DNA of 64,000 nt from Dehalococcoidales bacterium (GTDB lineage Bacteria; Chloroflexota; Dehalococcoidia; Dehalococcoidales; Fen-1064): contig DATKWT010000122.1 of assembly GCA_035529395.1 (NCBI GenBank), positions 1,496 to 65,495 of the forward strand, given 5' to 3'. Shown piece after piece: positions 53,601-61,594 of this stretch. The notes beneath the pieces were generated by a model. It worked only from the letters and a program-made list of their open reading frames with translations, ran no database searches and was not told where the DNA came from. The position numbers were made by a program, and so were the translations under genes. How positions within the stretch are numbered: position 1 is the stretch's first letter; every line of letters starts with the position of its first letter.

Positions 53601-53802
53601 TGAAGAATATGCCCTCCAGGATACCAGAATGGCCTTCCTTGAGGCCGAGCGAAAGAGCATTATGCCCTTCTGCCTTACGGTTGACATAGCCGGATACGAT
53701 TACCTGAGGAGAATCTGCCACGACATCAACTACGAAGTAGTCAATAACATCGAATCTCTACCGCAGCGTTTGCCCATCCTCTACAAGAGGCTGACATCCT
53801 GA
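50611..53802 (+). CDS. NorD/CbbO-like protein with C-terminal von Willebrand A domain (1063 aa)
   Basis: C-terminal VWA domain with MIDAS LLLDMSASTS (DxSxS), and later VSDGYPQD. The mid-region HQAGHIEFGT is reminiscent of NorD/CobT-type proteins. Start is GTG 50611 or ATG 50614. Confidence 0.65.
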   Translation: MMSTFAQHGNRSGDWGLARVEKELRLSSEQLLSQFRTACARASLLLSPDELGRWANEGLAMSRHSPPLSLEATEEYFRVTPEVLGILPFPRFLDWVSRGKMLCRDSPGLAAAYFRASPKALAMLPGRQIEVWLAMGPGLYKRNSESMELACRFFDATPALLQSLSLIKMERFALFLERLAGTSYDLAAECLGSAHRVLSTLGEEERGPFLAVALALVRLNPRASATFFQRGTGTLAGIAGGQRRRFLTLMGRIARYSGQLALSFCTDCSQAFGRIDSSLHSRLLDRGEAVLAISTIAGIEFLKSCPAVLAEIGIPGLERWFREGVRLLGKDEKTGLAYFRLEFAEERALERLLVTVELDQVRAVLLMYGQALGGTEIEIRPSESLAVWSMGAIHPGTPTTDGTTIFLPSLMDQYDSNEENFTWYKVAVTHQAGHIEFGTFDFCFEKEAVLFPDRRHRLRSTDGAGLTDMERFLSLFDDRRLASDIYSLVEDVRVDYLVKYGYAGIRAGYKSVQQETVWRRPSPDHLPLREAFLEILIRLSLDGELPIIPDILRSPVESAVKLLQRLQASRATVEDSAEAALRLYEIAGTIANTYGPEWEWEIANPGESGPDMAVKAYRRSDSDNVTLEPGVEVPYQSPTDVEYRGDSHPDTLHILPKAEDDSDQGFPSPVSPPGTEVQLNGIMQARNVLSGQYTTDLPGEIRAEETVSTGQDGNTGLSDTDYPGEGALLREDGQSYLYDEWDFHAGCYRPKWCRVREKLLPEVSTDFFEETLARSHLLAAQVRKQFEMITPELLRKADRLYDGEELDLDAVVRAVVDRKAGCISDERIYWKRRRVQRDVAAILLLDMSASTSNIIKDTDDEYPEWYLDLVEGSPRMRAQGGEVLIGASRRVIDVMKESVVLMMNALEGVGDCYGVYGFSGHGRDNVEILVIKGIDEGFSGTVKSRVGSIAPLHGTRMGSAIRHAISKLDTHDAKTKLLFLVSDGYPQDEDYGQDDGDEEYALQDTRMAFLEAERKSIMPFCLTVDIAGYDYLRRICHDINYEVVNNIESLPQRLPILYKRLTS

Positions 53803-54131
53803 GCATTGGCTTCTAGCGGAGGCTATCAGCAGCCTCCCTCGGAATCAGCCGCATGAGTGACCAGGTTGTTCTGCCTATCGTCGCCAGATGTGCTGTCTGC
53901 CGGGCCTTCCAGGTAGCTTGCCGTCAGCACCATTGGGAGGTTGTCAGCAACAGGGGGGCCCTGTATACTCGTAGTTACAGGCAGGAGTTGTCGGTCGAGG
54001 CGAGAATCCGGTATAATCACTGTTGCAGAGGCCTTTGAACACAGATACCCTGCGTTTGCATGCAAACCACGAGAGGTATCCCGAACCCCTGCCCGACCGG
54101 AAAAGGATGGGTGTTTCCACCCGGACTGGAG

Positions 54132-55001
54132 ATGATGCTGGTACGATTGAGCACAGTTAGAGACTACCTGGGAGTCCTGAAACCTCGCGAGAGCATTCTG
54201 CTGACTTTTATCGGCGTTTGCGCGGCAGTCGTAGCCGGAGCAGGGCATCCACCACTCGGCAGGCTCATGATTGTCCTCATTGCGGTCCTGCTTGCCAGTG
54301 GTGGCTTAAACGGACTCACCAACTACCTCGACCGTCATATCGATGCCCGAATGCAGCGTACCAGAAACCGGGCTTTGCCCTCGGGACGGATAGTGCCTGC
54401 GGAGAAGGTGCTACCACTGACTATCACCCTGGTTCTCACCGGTATGGTGCTGGCCTGGATTATGCATCCCCTGTGCTTCTGGGCTGGTCTGGTGGGTGTA
54501 ATAGCAGCCCTGGTATGGCGGAAGAGGTGGACATGTGTCTTCCCCCAGGGCATTCTGGCCAGTTGTGCACCGGTCCTGATCGGCTGGCTGGCCATTGACC
54601 CCTCTTTTAGCTGGGAGCTGTTGTTCCTCTGCCTGCTTATTGCCATCTGGCTTCCTATCCATCTATGGAGTGTCATGATTGCGCGGCGAGATGACTACCT
54701 TGGAGCCGGCATCAGCTACTTTCCTCTGAGCCGAACTCCCCGCGAGGCGGTCAAGCTACTGGTGGTACTCAGTCTGCTGCTCTATGCAGCGTCCCTGACC
54801 TTCTACTTCGTGGCTAGCTTTCACTGGGTATACCTGACACTGGCCAACCTTCTTGGGGGTGTCCTGGTATATACCAGCATTCGCCTGGCCATATCTAACT
54901 CTTCAGAGCAATCCTGGCGACTCTACAGGATGTCTGCGTTTCCCTACCTCGGTCTGGTATTCGCGGCAATGTGCCTGGATATGTTTGTACTGGGCGGGTG
55001 A
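54132..55001 (+). CDS. UbiA-family prenyltransferase, protoheme IX farnesyltransferase (CtaB/CyoE)-like
   Basis: LKPRESILL..., NYLDRHIDARMQRTRNRALPSGRI (NxxDxxxD...RT..RP..G pattern). Polytopic. Confidence 0.6.
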   Translation: MMLVRLSTVRDYLGVLKPRESILLTFIGVCAAVVAGAGHPPLGRLMIVLIAVLLASGGLNGLTNYLDRHIDARMQRTRNRALPSGRIVPAEKVLPLTITLVLTGMVLAWIMHPLCFWAGLVGVIAALVWRKRWTCVFPQGILASCAPVLIGWLAIDPSFSWELLFLCLLIAIWLPIHLWSVMIARRDDYLGAGISYFPLSRTPREAVKLLVVLSLLLYAASLTFYFVASFHWVYLTLANLLGGVLVYTSIRLAISNSSEQSWRLYRMSAFPYLGLVFAAMCLDMFVLGG

Positions 55002-55225
55002 CACTTACAGCTATCTCCAGCTCGGGTAACCTGGCTGCACGAGTGACAACGGCTGTAGTCTGGTTGTGTTCCTGATACTAATAGCCCGTGGGTATCTAAG
55101 AAGTCAATAAGAAACCAGATGGTGATGTGGAAGGTGCCCTCCATACCTTCGGCAAAGAATACGCCCAGCGTCATTGCCGGGGCGGCAATCAATTCATTAG
55201 ACCGTTGCCGGCGGACGCCGGGCTC

Positions 55226-56065
55226 CTATACCCCCAGCGTTCCCTTCATCACCTGCTCATACATCGCGGCGACGGTAGATGCCACCTGTTGTCTCACTGT
55301 CTCGTCCGTTGGTACCGGCAAGCACGCGGTCAGATCCGTTTCGCTCACGACTTCCTCTCTGGTTGCGCCGGCACCAATCAGACTGCTCACACGGTCACGC
55401 ATTGCTGCAAAGTAGAGGCGGGTGTTCGTCACTGTCTCCATGCCACAAACCGGCCCGTGTCCCGGCGCGATGATGTCGACCTCCATCACCTCGACGCGGT
55501 GCAAGAAGTCTATCCACTCACCGAACAGCGAATTCGGTGTCACCAGAGGCATACCACTCACGATGTTGTCTCCCGCGAAGAGTACTCTTTCCTCGGGCAG
55601 GTACACAGCCAATGAGTCCGCAGAGTGTCCGCCCGCGTAGAACAGTACCAGTGTCCTGTCCCCCATACAGAGCTTCAGCTCCCTGTCAAAGACCACCTGT
55701 GGCAGAGCAATCTCGGCATTGTCGAAGGCTTCTTTGTACTGTTGATAGATGTCCGGGACGTAGCGACTGACTTCTGCGGGTAGATTCTCCTTGAGGTATG
55801 CGATCTCATCTGCCGCCCCCCGGTGCGCTATTGTCCGGCCGGTCAAGTGGGCGCCGCCAATCAGATGGTCGAAATGGCCATGCGTGTAGACCAGATACGC
55901 GATATCGAGTGGGGACAGCCGGCGGAGTTCATTGCGCAGGTCGCTTACTTCGTGGGGAAGAGTTGGTGCATCTATCAGCACCGGGCCTTTCTCTGTGACC
56001 ACGCAGCCGATATTGCAGCCAAGATACTCCGTCTCGATGAATACGCCATCCGTAATCTCTTTCAT
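55226..56065 (-). CDS. MBL-fold metallo-hydrolase
   Basis: The YTHGHFDH metal-binding motif, with downstream His and Asp residues. Confidence 0.8.
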   Translation of the reverse strand: MKEITDGVFIETEYLGCNIGCVVTEKGPVLIDAPTLPHEVSDLRNELRRLSPLDIAYLVYTHGHFDHLIGGAHLTGRTIAHRGAADEIAYLKENLPAEVSRYVPDIYQQYKEAFDNAEIALPQVVFDRELKLCMGDRTLVLFYAGGHSADSLAVYLPEERVLFAGDNIVSGMPLVTPNSLFGEWIDFLHRVEVMEVDIIAPGHGPVCGMETVTNTRLYFAAMRDRVSSLIGAGATREEVVSETDLTACLPVPTDETVRQQVASTVAAMYEQVMKGTLGV

Positions 56066-56160
56066 TACTCCTTCTCATGTGAATCTCCTGACGTTGGCTA
56101 CGGTGATACATGGTGTCTGCATTGACGGAAATACGCCAATGGAATCACCGATGTGCACCG

Positions 56161-56562
56161 TCAGGGGTCCTGCCTTGATAACCGTGAAGAGATAAGGAGC
56201 AGTATACTGGCAACAAGATAGGGCAGGCCAACCATTAGCCAGGCAAGGAAATGGTTGCGGCCAGCATACACGGCTATATGAATACCCAGTCCGATGGAAG
56301 CTGCGGCCAGCAGAACACTGGCAAGTCGCTCTCGCCACCAGGATACAATAGTGCCAAGCAATGCCAGACCCAGAAGCACACCCAGTAGAATGCCTGCCGC
56401 TTCCATTGCTTCCCTGCCTTCGTCCAGAAATTCACTGACAGCTTCACCAATGAGGAAGACAAGGCAGAATACTCCCATGACCAGCCCGATTATGCGTGCC
56501 GCCCACTTCATTCTTCTTGCCAGACGGTGTCGTTTGCTCTCTAACATTGGCTGGTTTCTCAC
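56161..56562 (-). CDS. small integral membrane protein, hypothetical
   Basis: Four predicted TM segments. The start is uncertain (Met at 56511 is also possible). Confidence 0.45.
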   Translation of the reverse strand: MRNQPMLESKRHRLARRMKWAARIIGLVMGVFCLVFLIGEAVSEFLDEGREAMEAAGILLGVLLGLALLGTIVSWWRERLASVLLAAASIGLGIHIAVYAGRNHFLAWLMVGLPYLVASILLLISSRLSRQDP

Positions 56563-56678
56563 ATCAAATCAGTAACTAGTGGATATGCTACGCTTTTGCT
56601 CATTGGACGTCAAGACCCCGAATTGAAGAATCCGGGGCAGAATAACGGATTGGGGAGCTAAAACACGGTGATTATGGC

Positions 56679-57449
56679 TCAGGTCTGAGCCTTCTGTTCC
56701 CGCAGGGTGTCCAGCCAGCCGGCAGATTTCAAGTCGCGCTCGAGGAGGTGCTTGAGATAGCTCCTCATTATTGTCTCCAGTTCGCGGGAAAGTTGAGCGT
56801 TAAGCTTGAGGCGGTTGGCGGTATCGTAGTCACTACCCTGGAGCAGGCGCAGCACCTTGAGGGCATTGACGGAAATCGGGTAGGTGAATGGCTGGGTCTG
56901 GCGACAGTCCGGACAGAGGACACCGCCGGTAGAGGGGCTGAAATAGTTGGTCACCGGTTCCAGTGGCTGGTGGCAGGCAACGCACTGCTGTAGCTGGGGG
57001 CGGTAGCCGACCTCGTGGAGGAGCTTGAGCTCGAAGTAGCGCAGGGTGAGCTCCCGGTCCACATCCTGGCAGAGGTTGTGCATGGTATCGAGCAGAAGTT
57101 GAAAGAGGGCAGGATTCTCAACGTGCTCGGGGGTGAACTGGTTGACCAGCTCGATGAGATAGAGTCCGTAAGAGGTGAGCCAGAGATCAGTCTTCAGGAG
57201 GAGGAAGCCGTTGATAGTCTGGCTGCCGGTGATGGTATCCAGGTTCCGTCCCCGCGCCAGGGAGACCTGGCTGTGAGTGAGCATCTCCAGGTGGCCGGCG
57301 AGCTTGCTCTTAGGGCGGCGTACGCCCCTGGCCACACCCTGAATCTTGCCCAGACCGGGAGTGTAGAGGGTGAGAATATGGTCCGCCTCCCTCAGTTTGG
57401 TCTTTCTGATGATGATAGCTTCGGTCTGGTAGTTACGCGGTCTGGTCAT
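56679..57449 (-). CDS. recO: DNA repair protein RecO
   Basis: OB-fold N-terminus (EAIIIRKTKLREADHILTLYT) and zinc motif CVACH...CPDC. Confidence 0.88.
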   Translation of the reverse strand: MTRPRNYQTEAIIIRKTKLREADHILTLYTPGLGKIQGVARGVRRPKSKLAGHLEMLTHSQVSLARGRNLDTITGSQTINGFLLLKTDLWLTSYGLYLIELVNQFTPEHVENPALFQLLLDTMHNLCQDVDRELTLRYFELKLLHEVGYRPQLQQCVACHQPLEPVTNYFSPSTGGVLCPDCRQTQPFTYPISVNALKVLRLLQGSDYDTANRLKLNAQLSRELETIMRSYLKHLLERDLKSAGWLDTLREQKAQT

Positions 57450-57544
57450 TTCAGGATATACATCAACTCCTGGAGGGATTCAATCTCATAATCCGGTATT
57501 ACGCCGGTGAGCTTGCTCATGAATCCCGTCCCGCTCCAGTACCG

Positions 57545-57949
57545 CTACCTGACGACAAACGGCACGACAAGGGCAATCACTCCGGTGCATACGGCGGCGA
57601 GGATGAAGAGGTTGTACCGGGTATTGTAGTTGGCCAGCAGCGATTCATCATAGTAGCCGGATACACCTTGGTCCTGGTACATCTTGAGAAGGCCATGGAT
57701 GAGCTTGGTCCTGGTCTGCTTGCCCTTCTGCAGACCTATTATCACAACGGCATTGACCACGACGAGCAGGGCGACAAAGAGTATCATGACTATTGTCCAG
57801 GTGACATCATCACGAGACTCTCCGGCGATTCCGGTGTTGATGCCGAGGGTCAGCAGGTTGAGGAGAATGGCGGTGATGACGAATATCGTATCCGTGCGTG
57901 CGTTCTGCTGGAGTTCCGAGATTATGTGTTCGTGAACCCGTTCAATCAT
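57545..57949 (-). CDS. small membrane protein, hypothetical
   Basis: Three hydrophobic segments. No family recognised. Confidence 0.45.
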   Translation of the reverse strand: MIERVHEHIISELQQNARTDTIFVITAILLNLLTLGINTGIAGESRDDVTWTIVMILFVALLVVVNAVVIIGLQKGKQTRTKLIHGLLKMYQDQGVSGYYDESLLANYNTRYNLFILAAVCTGVIALVVPFVVR

Positions 57950-58078
57950 GTTTTACCTCCACTACTGGAATTCTACCGAGCACCATGATGTGTGTCAAGG
58001 AAGTATATTCGCTGGATATGCGACGGTTTGCGCGGAGTAGTCCCGATGTCTCGTCACGGCGTCCGGAGATTCGGCTCA

Positions 58079-58129
58079 GGGTGACACCCCGCGGAACATA
58101 CCAGCTGGTGTTTCTGCAACTGAGTACTA
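58079..58129. repeat. REP-like element abutting a stop codon (short copy)
   Basis: It starts ggtgacac and ends tgcaactgagtac, as at 47041..47136. Confidence 0.5.
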
Positions 58130-58130
58130 C

Positions 58131-58682
58131 CTATCTGCCGAATACCAGTTCGTTCGGTTCCCGGGACCCTCTCTTCAGTAGAATATCCCGTTCCTTGAGA
58201 AGGCAGGCCCGATTGTGGGCAATGGCAGTATCATACTGACCGCTTTCCCAGGCGTGCATGCACAGGATACCCTTGTCATAGAATGGGTCGTCGTAGTTGG
58301 GTATACTCAGATTACGGACGGCCTTGGCCTTAGCCTCAAACTTTTCGTCCTGCAGTTCGCCGTCGAAGTACAGCTCTTCACCAAGTCCGAAGTAGAGTAC
58401 TCCCGTTTCGAAGGAGGTGTTGAAGGCATAGAACGGCCGGAGCAGGCTGTCAATGACAGTGGCAACCCGCTCATTAAGCTCCGTTATCTCGCTCGTGTCC
58501 CGTACGTAGAGTATCCGAAGGGCGTGCCGGTCGATTGACCCGAAGATGACCTGTTGAATGTACTCGTACTCCCGGACATCATTAGTGTAGCGGTAGAGCT
58601 GGTTGAATCGGCCGATTGTCTCGATATCAATTATGGTGCCTTCGAAATCCGATTGGATCTCTTCCTGGTATTCCTGTATCAA
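58131..58682 (-). CDS. RNase H-fold 3'-5' exonuclease-like protein (DEDD-type motifs)
   Basis: TTG 58682 has a GGAAGGA RBS just after the recR stop. Motifs IIDIETIG (DxE), YAFNTSFE and AIAHNRACLLKERD. The longer ORF to 59000 overlaps recR out of frame. Confidence 0.5.
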   Translation of the reverse strand: MIQEYQEEIQSDFEGTIIDIETIGRFNQLYRYTNDVREYEYIQQVIFGSIDRHALRILYVRDTSEITELNERVATVIDSLLRPFYAFNTSFETGVLYFGLGEELYFDGELQDEKFEAKAKAVRNLSIPNYDDPFYDKGILCMHAWESGQYDTAIAHNRACLLKERDILLKRGSREPNELVFGR

Positions 58683-58728
58683 TGTCGTCCTTCCCAGTTG
58701 CGATAATATGGAGAAGTGGGTGGGGTGG

Positions 58729-59340
58729 CTAAAGCTTCTGCCTTCCTTCGATTGCCCGGGTGAGCGTGGTATCGTCGGCGTATTCCAACTCAGTACCGAA
58801 GGGGAGCCCATGGGCAAGTCGGGTAACCCTGACACCGATGGGGGAAATAACGTGGTTGAGGTAGAGGGCGGTCTGTTCACCTTCAAGGTTGGTATTGGTG
58901 GCCAGGATGACTTCCTGTATGGTACCTTCCTGCAGACGGTCGGTAAGCTCCCTGATTCTAACATCACCGGAGCCAACGCCTTCGGTCGGGGAGATGGCAC
59001 CGTGGAGTACGTGATAGAGGCCGTGGTAGACGCCGGTATGCTCTATTGCCAGGATGTCCTGGGGTTGCTCAACGACGCAGACCGTGCTGCGGTCGCGCTG
59101 CTCGCTGAGGCAGAGTGGGCAGGGGTCGACGTCAGTTACGTTGTAGCAGACGGAGCAGAGCGTTATCTTCTGCTTGACCTCCCGTATGGTGTCGGCGAGG
59201 AGGCCGGTCTGTTCGCGGGGAGCGCGTAGCAGATAGTAGGTGATGCGCTGAGCACTCTTGGGCCCGATGCCGGGCAACTTGCTCAGTTCCTGGACGAGCC
59301 GGTTGATGGCATCAGCGGCCGGTATGCGACCCTGATTCAA
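58729..59340 (-). CDS. recR: recombination protein RecR
   Basis: Hh[12 protein letters not shown], Cys4 zinc finger CSVC...CPLC, and a Toprim region. Confidence 0.92.
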   Translation of the reverse strand: MNQGRIPAADAINRLVQELSKLPGIGPKSAQRITYYLLRAPREQTGLLADTIREVKQKITLCSVCYNVTDVDPCPLCLSEQRDRSTVCVVEQPQDILAIEHTGVYHGLYHVLHGAISPTEGVGSGDVRIRELTDRLQEGTIQEVILATNTNLEGEQTALYLNHVISPIGVRVTRLAHGLPFGTELEYADDTTLTRAIEGRQKL

Positions 59341-59365
59341 TGTAAATCCTCCAGAACCTTAGTGA

Positions 59366-59671
59366 TTAAGTCAGCCCCGGTATCTTGAGGCCGCCGGTCA
59401 GCCCCTTCATGCGCTTGGCGGCTGCCTTTTCTGATTTCGCCTGGGCGTCACGTACCGCTTTCAGTACCAGTTGCTCTAGCTGCTCCGGCTTCTCCGGGTC
59501 CATGGCGTCGGGAGAGATAGATATCGATACTATCTTCTGCTGACCGTTTGCGGTGACCTTGACGGCGCCCTTTCCGGCCTCGGCCTGCACTTCTGTCTTT
59601 TCGAGTTCCTTCTGGGCCTCTTCAAGTTTGGCCTTGAGTTGCCGTGCCTGGTTTATCATGGAAAGGTTCAT
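59366..59671 (-). CDS. ybaB: YbaB/EbfC nucleoid-associated protein
   Basis: 101 aa with the pattern AGKGAVKVTANGQQKIVSISI. It sits in the conserved dnaX-ybaB-recR order. Confidence 0.88.
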   Translation of the reverse strand: MNLSMINQARQLKAKLEEAQKELEKTEVQAEAGKGAVKVTANGQQKIVSISISPDAMDPEKPEQLEQLVLKAVRDAQAKSEKAAAKRMKGLTGGLKIPGLT

Positions 59672-61257
59672 ACTTCCTCCGTATCTTCAATCTGGGCACC
59701 GAGCTTCAGCGCTTCTTTCACGAGATGGTTGTCTTCAGCGACGCATTGTACGCGGCACGGGTGCCCGAGAAAGCTGCTTATAATGCTATCGACTACTCTC
59801 TGGTTTTCCGGGTCTTCGAGCTTCTCTTTGAATACCGGATATTTGAAGGAGAGGATTACCTTGTCATTCTCGACAGAGACCGGCTGAACGCCGGCGCTTC
59901 TCAGGATGGCCAGGGCGGGAGTTTTCCTGGTCTCCAGTGGGGCTTCCTCGATGACCTTCCTCCAGTCCTGCCGTAGTCGTTCCGTTTCGCTTCCCGGTGC
60001 TGCTGCCGGGCTGCTGGTGGCGACTGCGGGCTGCGGTGTTTCAGAGGGCGCGGGTTTTCTTTCCGGTGGCCTGGTGGTTGGCGCAGTGGTTACCGGTGGA
60101 GGTGTGGTCTTCTGCACCGGACGGGGTGCTGGTTCAGGTCGTCTGGCGGGCTTTTCTTCTTCGGCCGGTGGTGCCAGGCTGCAATCGACAATAGCCAGCT
60201 CCAGGGGGAGCGCGGAGTGGTTCTCAAGACCGATGTCAAGCTGGCCGAAGGTCTTGACCACCTTCAGTACATGGGCCAGCGAGGCTTTGGTGGCCAGGCC
60301 TTTAAGCTCAGCGAGGTCTTCGGTGGTGAGGTCGACCGATTCATCGGCACCGGTCTTGACCAGTAGTAGCGCCCTGAGATATTCGACCAGCTCACGGTTA
60401 AACTGACGCAGGTTAAGGCCGTCATTGTTGACGTTGTTTATCGTGGCCACCCCGGCGGGGATGTCACCATTGATGATGTGTCTGGCCAGCTCTATGGTAC
60501 GCCGGTCTCCTGTAATGCCCAGGACCTCCTGGACCTGGCGGAATCCGATATCGGAACCGTAGTAGGTGGTCATCTGCTGGAGAAGGTTCTCGGCATCGCG
60601 CAGGCTTCCGGTAGCGCTCCTGGCAATAAGGCGGACCGCCTCCGGCTCGGCGGTGATGCCTTCGCTCTCACAGATTCGGGTCAGTTTGGTGATGATGTCC
60701 TGCTGGGAGAGACGGCGGAAATCGAAACGCTGGCAGCGTGAGATGATTGTGGGGAGTATCTTGTGGGACTCGGTGGTAGCGAGGATGAAGATGACGTGTG
60801 CCGGCGGCTCCTCCAGTGTCTTGAGCAGGGCATTGGAGGCCGCAGTGCTCAGCATGTGGACTTCATCGATGATGTAGACCTTGTAGCGGGCTTCGTTGGG
60901 GGCGTAGTTGACCTTTTCGCGGAGACTGCGGATATCGTCGACTCCGGTGTTGCTGGCGGCGTCAATCTCGATGACATCCAGGGCACGCCCTTCTGTTATT
61001 GCCTGACACATGTCGCAGGTGTTGCACGCCTCACCCTGGCCGTTAGTCAGGCAGTTAACTGCCTTGGCGAGGGCCCGTGCAGTGCTGGTTTTGCCGGTGC
61101 CACGCGGACCGCAGAAGAGATAGGCGTGGGAAATGCGACCACTGGCAAGGGCATTGAGCAGGGTCTGCGTTATCGGTTCCTGACCGACCACCTCAGCCAG
61201 TGTTCCGGGTCGCCACTTACGGTAAAAGACCTGTGAAGTCATGTTTTTCGTCACCAT
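59668..61257 (-). CDS. dnaX: DNA polymerase III subunit gamma/tau
   Basis: FYRKWRP, Walker A GPRGTGKTS, zinc module C..C..C, DEVHML, SRC motif, and a Pro-rich linker. Confidence 0.92.
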   Translation of the reverse strand: MVTKNMTSQVFYRKWRPGTLAEVVGQEPITQTLLNALASGRISHAYLFCGPRGTGKTSTARALAKAVNCLTNGQGEACNTCDMCQAITEGRALDVIEIDAASNTGVDDIRSLREKVNYAPNEARYKVYIIDEVHMLSTAASNALLKTLEEPPAHVIFILATTESHKILPTIISRCQRFDFRRLSQQDIITKLTRICESEGITAEPEAVRLIARSATGSLRDAENLLQQMTTYYGSDIGFRQVQEVLGITGDRRTIELARHIINGDIPAGVATINNVNNDGLNLRQFNRELVEYLRALLLVKTGADESVDLTTEDLAELKGLATKASLAHVLKVVKTFGQLDIGLENHSALPLELAIVDCSLAPPAEEEKPARRPEPAPRPVQKTTPPPVTTAPTTRPPERKPAPSETPQPAVATSSPAAAPGSETERLRQDWRKVIEEAPLETRKTPALAILRSAGVQPVSVENDKVILSFKYPVFKEKLEDPENQRVVDSIISSFLGHPCRVQCVAEDNHLVKEALKLGAQIEDTEEV

Positions 61258-61380
61258 TATACCCTATTACGGCGGCTTTCTAAAGGTTTTGCGGGCGTTG
61301 GTATGGTTGGTGACAGGCCATTCTCTCCCGGCATTAAGAGTTGTATATTTGAGGAGAATCAAAATTTCACGCCACTGTCC

Positions 61381-61512
61381 TCAGTGGCGTGTCGCTCAGA
61401 ATGACATTGGTGGGTCAGATTGCTTCGTCGCTGGTGCTCCTCGCAATGACAGTAGGGGTAGGGTTGGATTCTGCGTCACTGCGGACAGTGCGCCACTGCG
61501 GACAGTGGTGGT
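61381..61512. repeat. REP-like cluster (gctcagaatgac, gctcctcgcaatgac, 2 x cactgcggacagtg)
   Basis: gctcctcgcaatgac recurs at 63976-63990. The direct repeat cactgcggacagtg is at 61477-61490 and 61494-61507, and each copy is itself a hairpin. Confidence 0.6.
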
Positions 61513-61557
61513 AAAGAAAGGAAAACAGCCCCGGCAGAATCCACCACGAGGGCTGTT
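61511..61557 (-). terminator. rho-independent terminator of the cetZ-like gene
   Basis: On the minus strand, aacagccc...gggctgtt forms an 8-bp stem followed by TTTTCCTTTCTTT. Confidence 0.5.
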
Positions 61558-61594
61558 CGGAAGGCGATACCGTGTCCTGAAACTTCAGGACATG

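Noticed and set aside
53826-54248. 140-aa minus-strand ORF between the VWA and CtaB-like genes
   Set aside because: It overlaps the CtaB-like start and its putative promoter and leader. It has no RBS or family signal.
58683-59000. N-terminal 106 codons of ORF 58131..59000
   Set aside because: This part overlaps recR in a different frame and is Pro/Ser-rich low complexity. A TTG with an RBS right after the recR stop explains the conserved-looking part.
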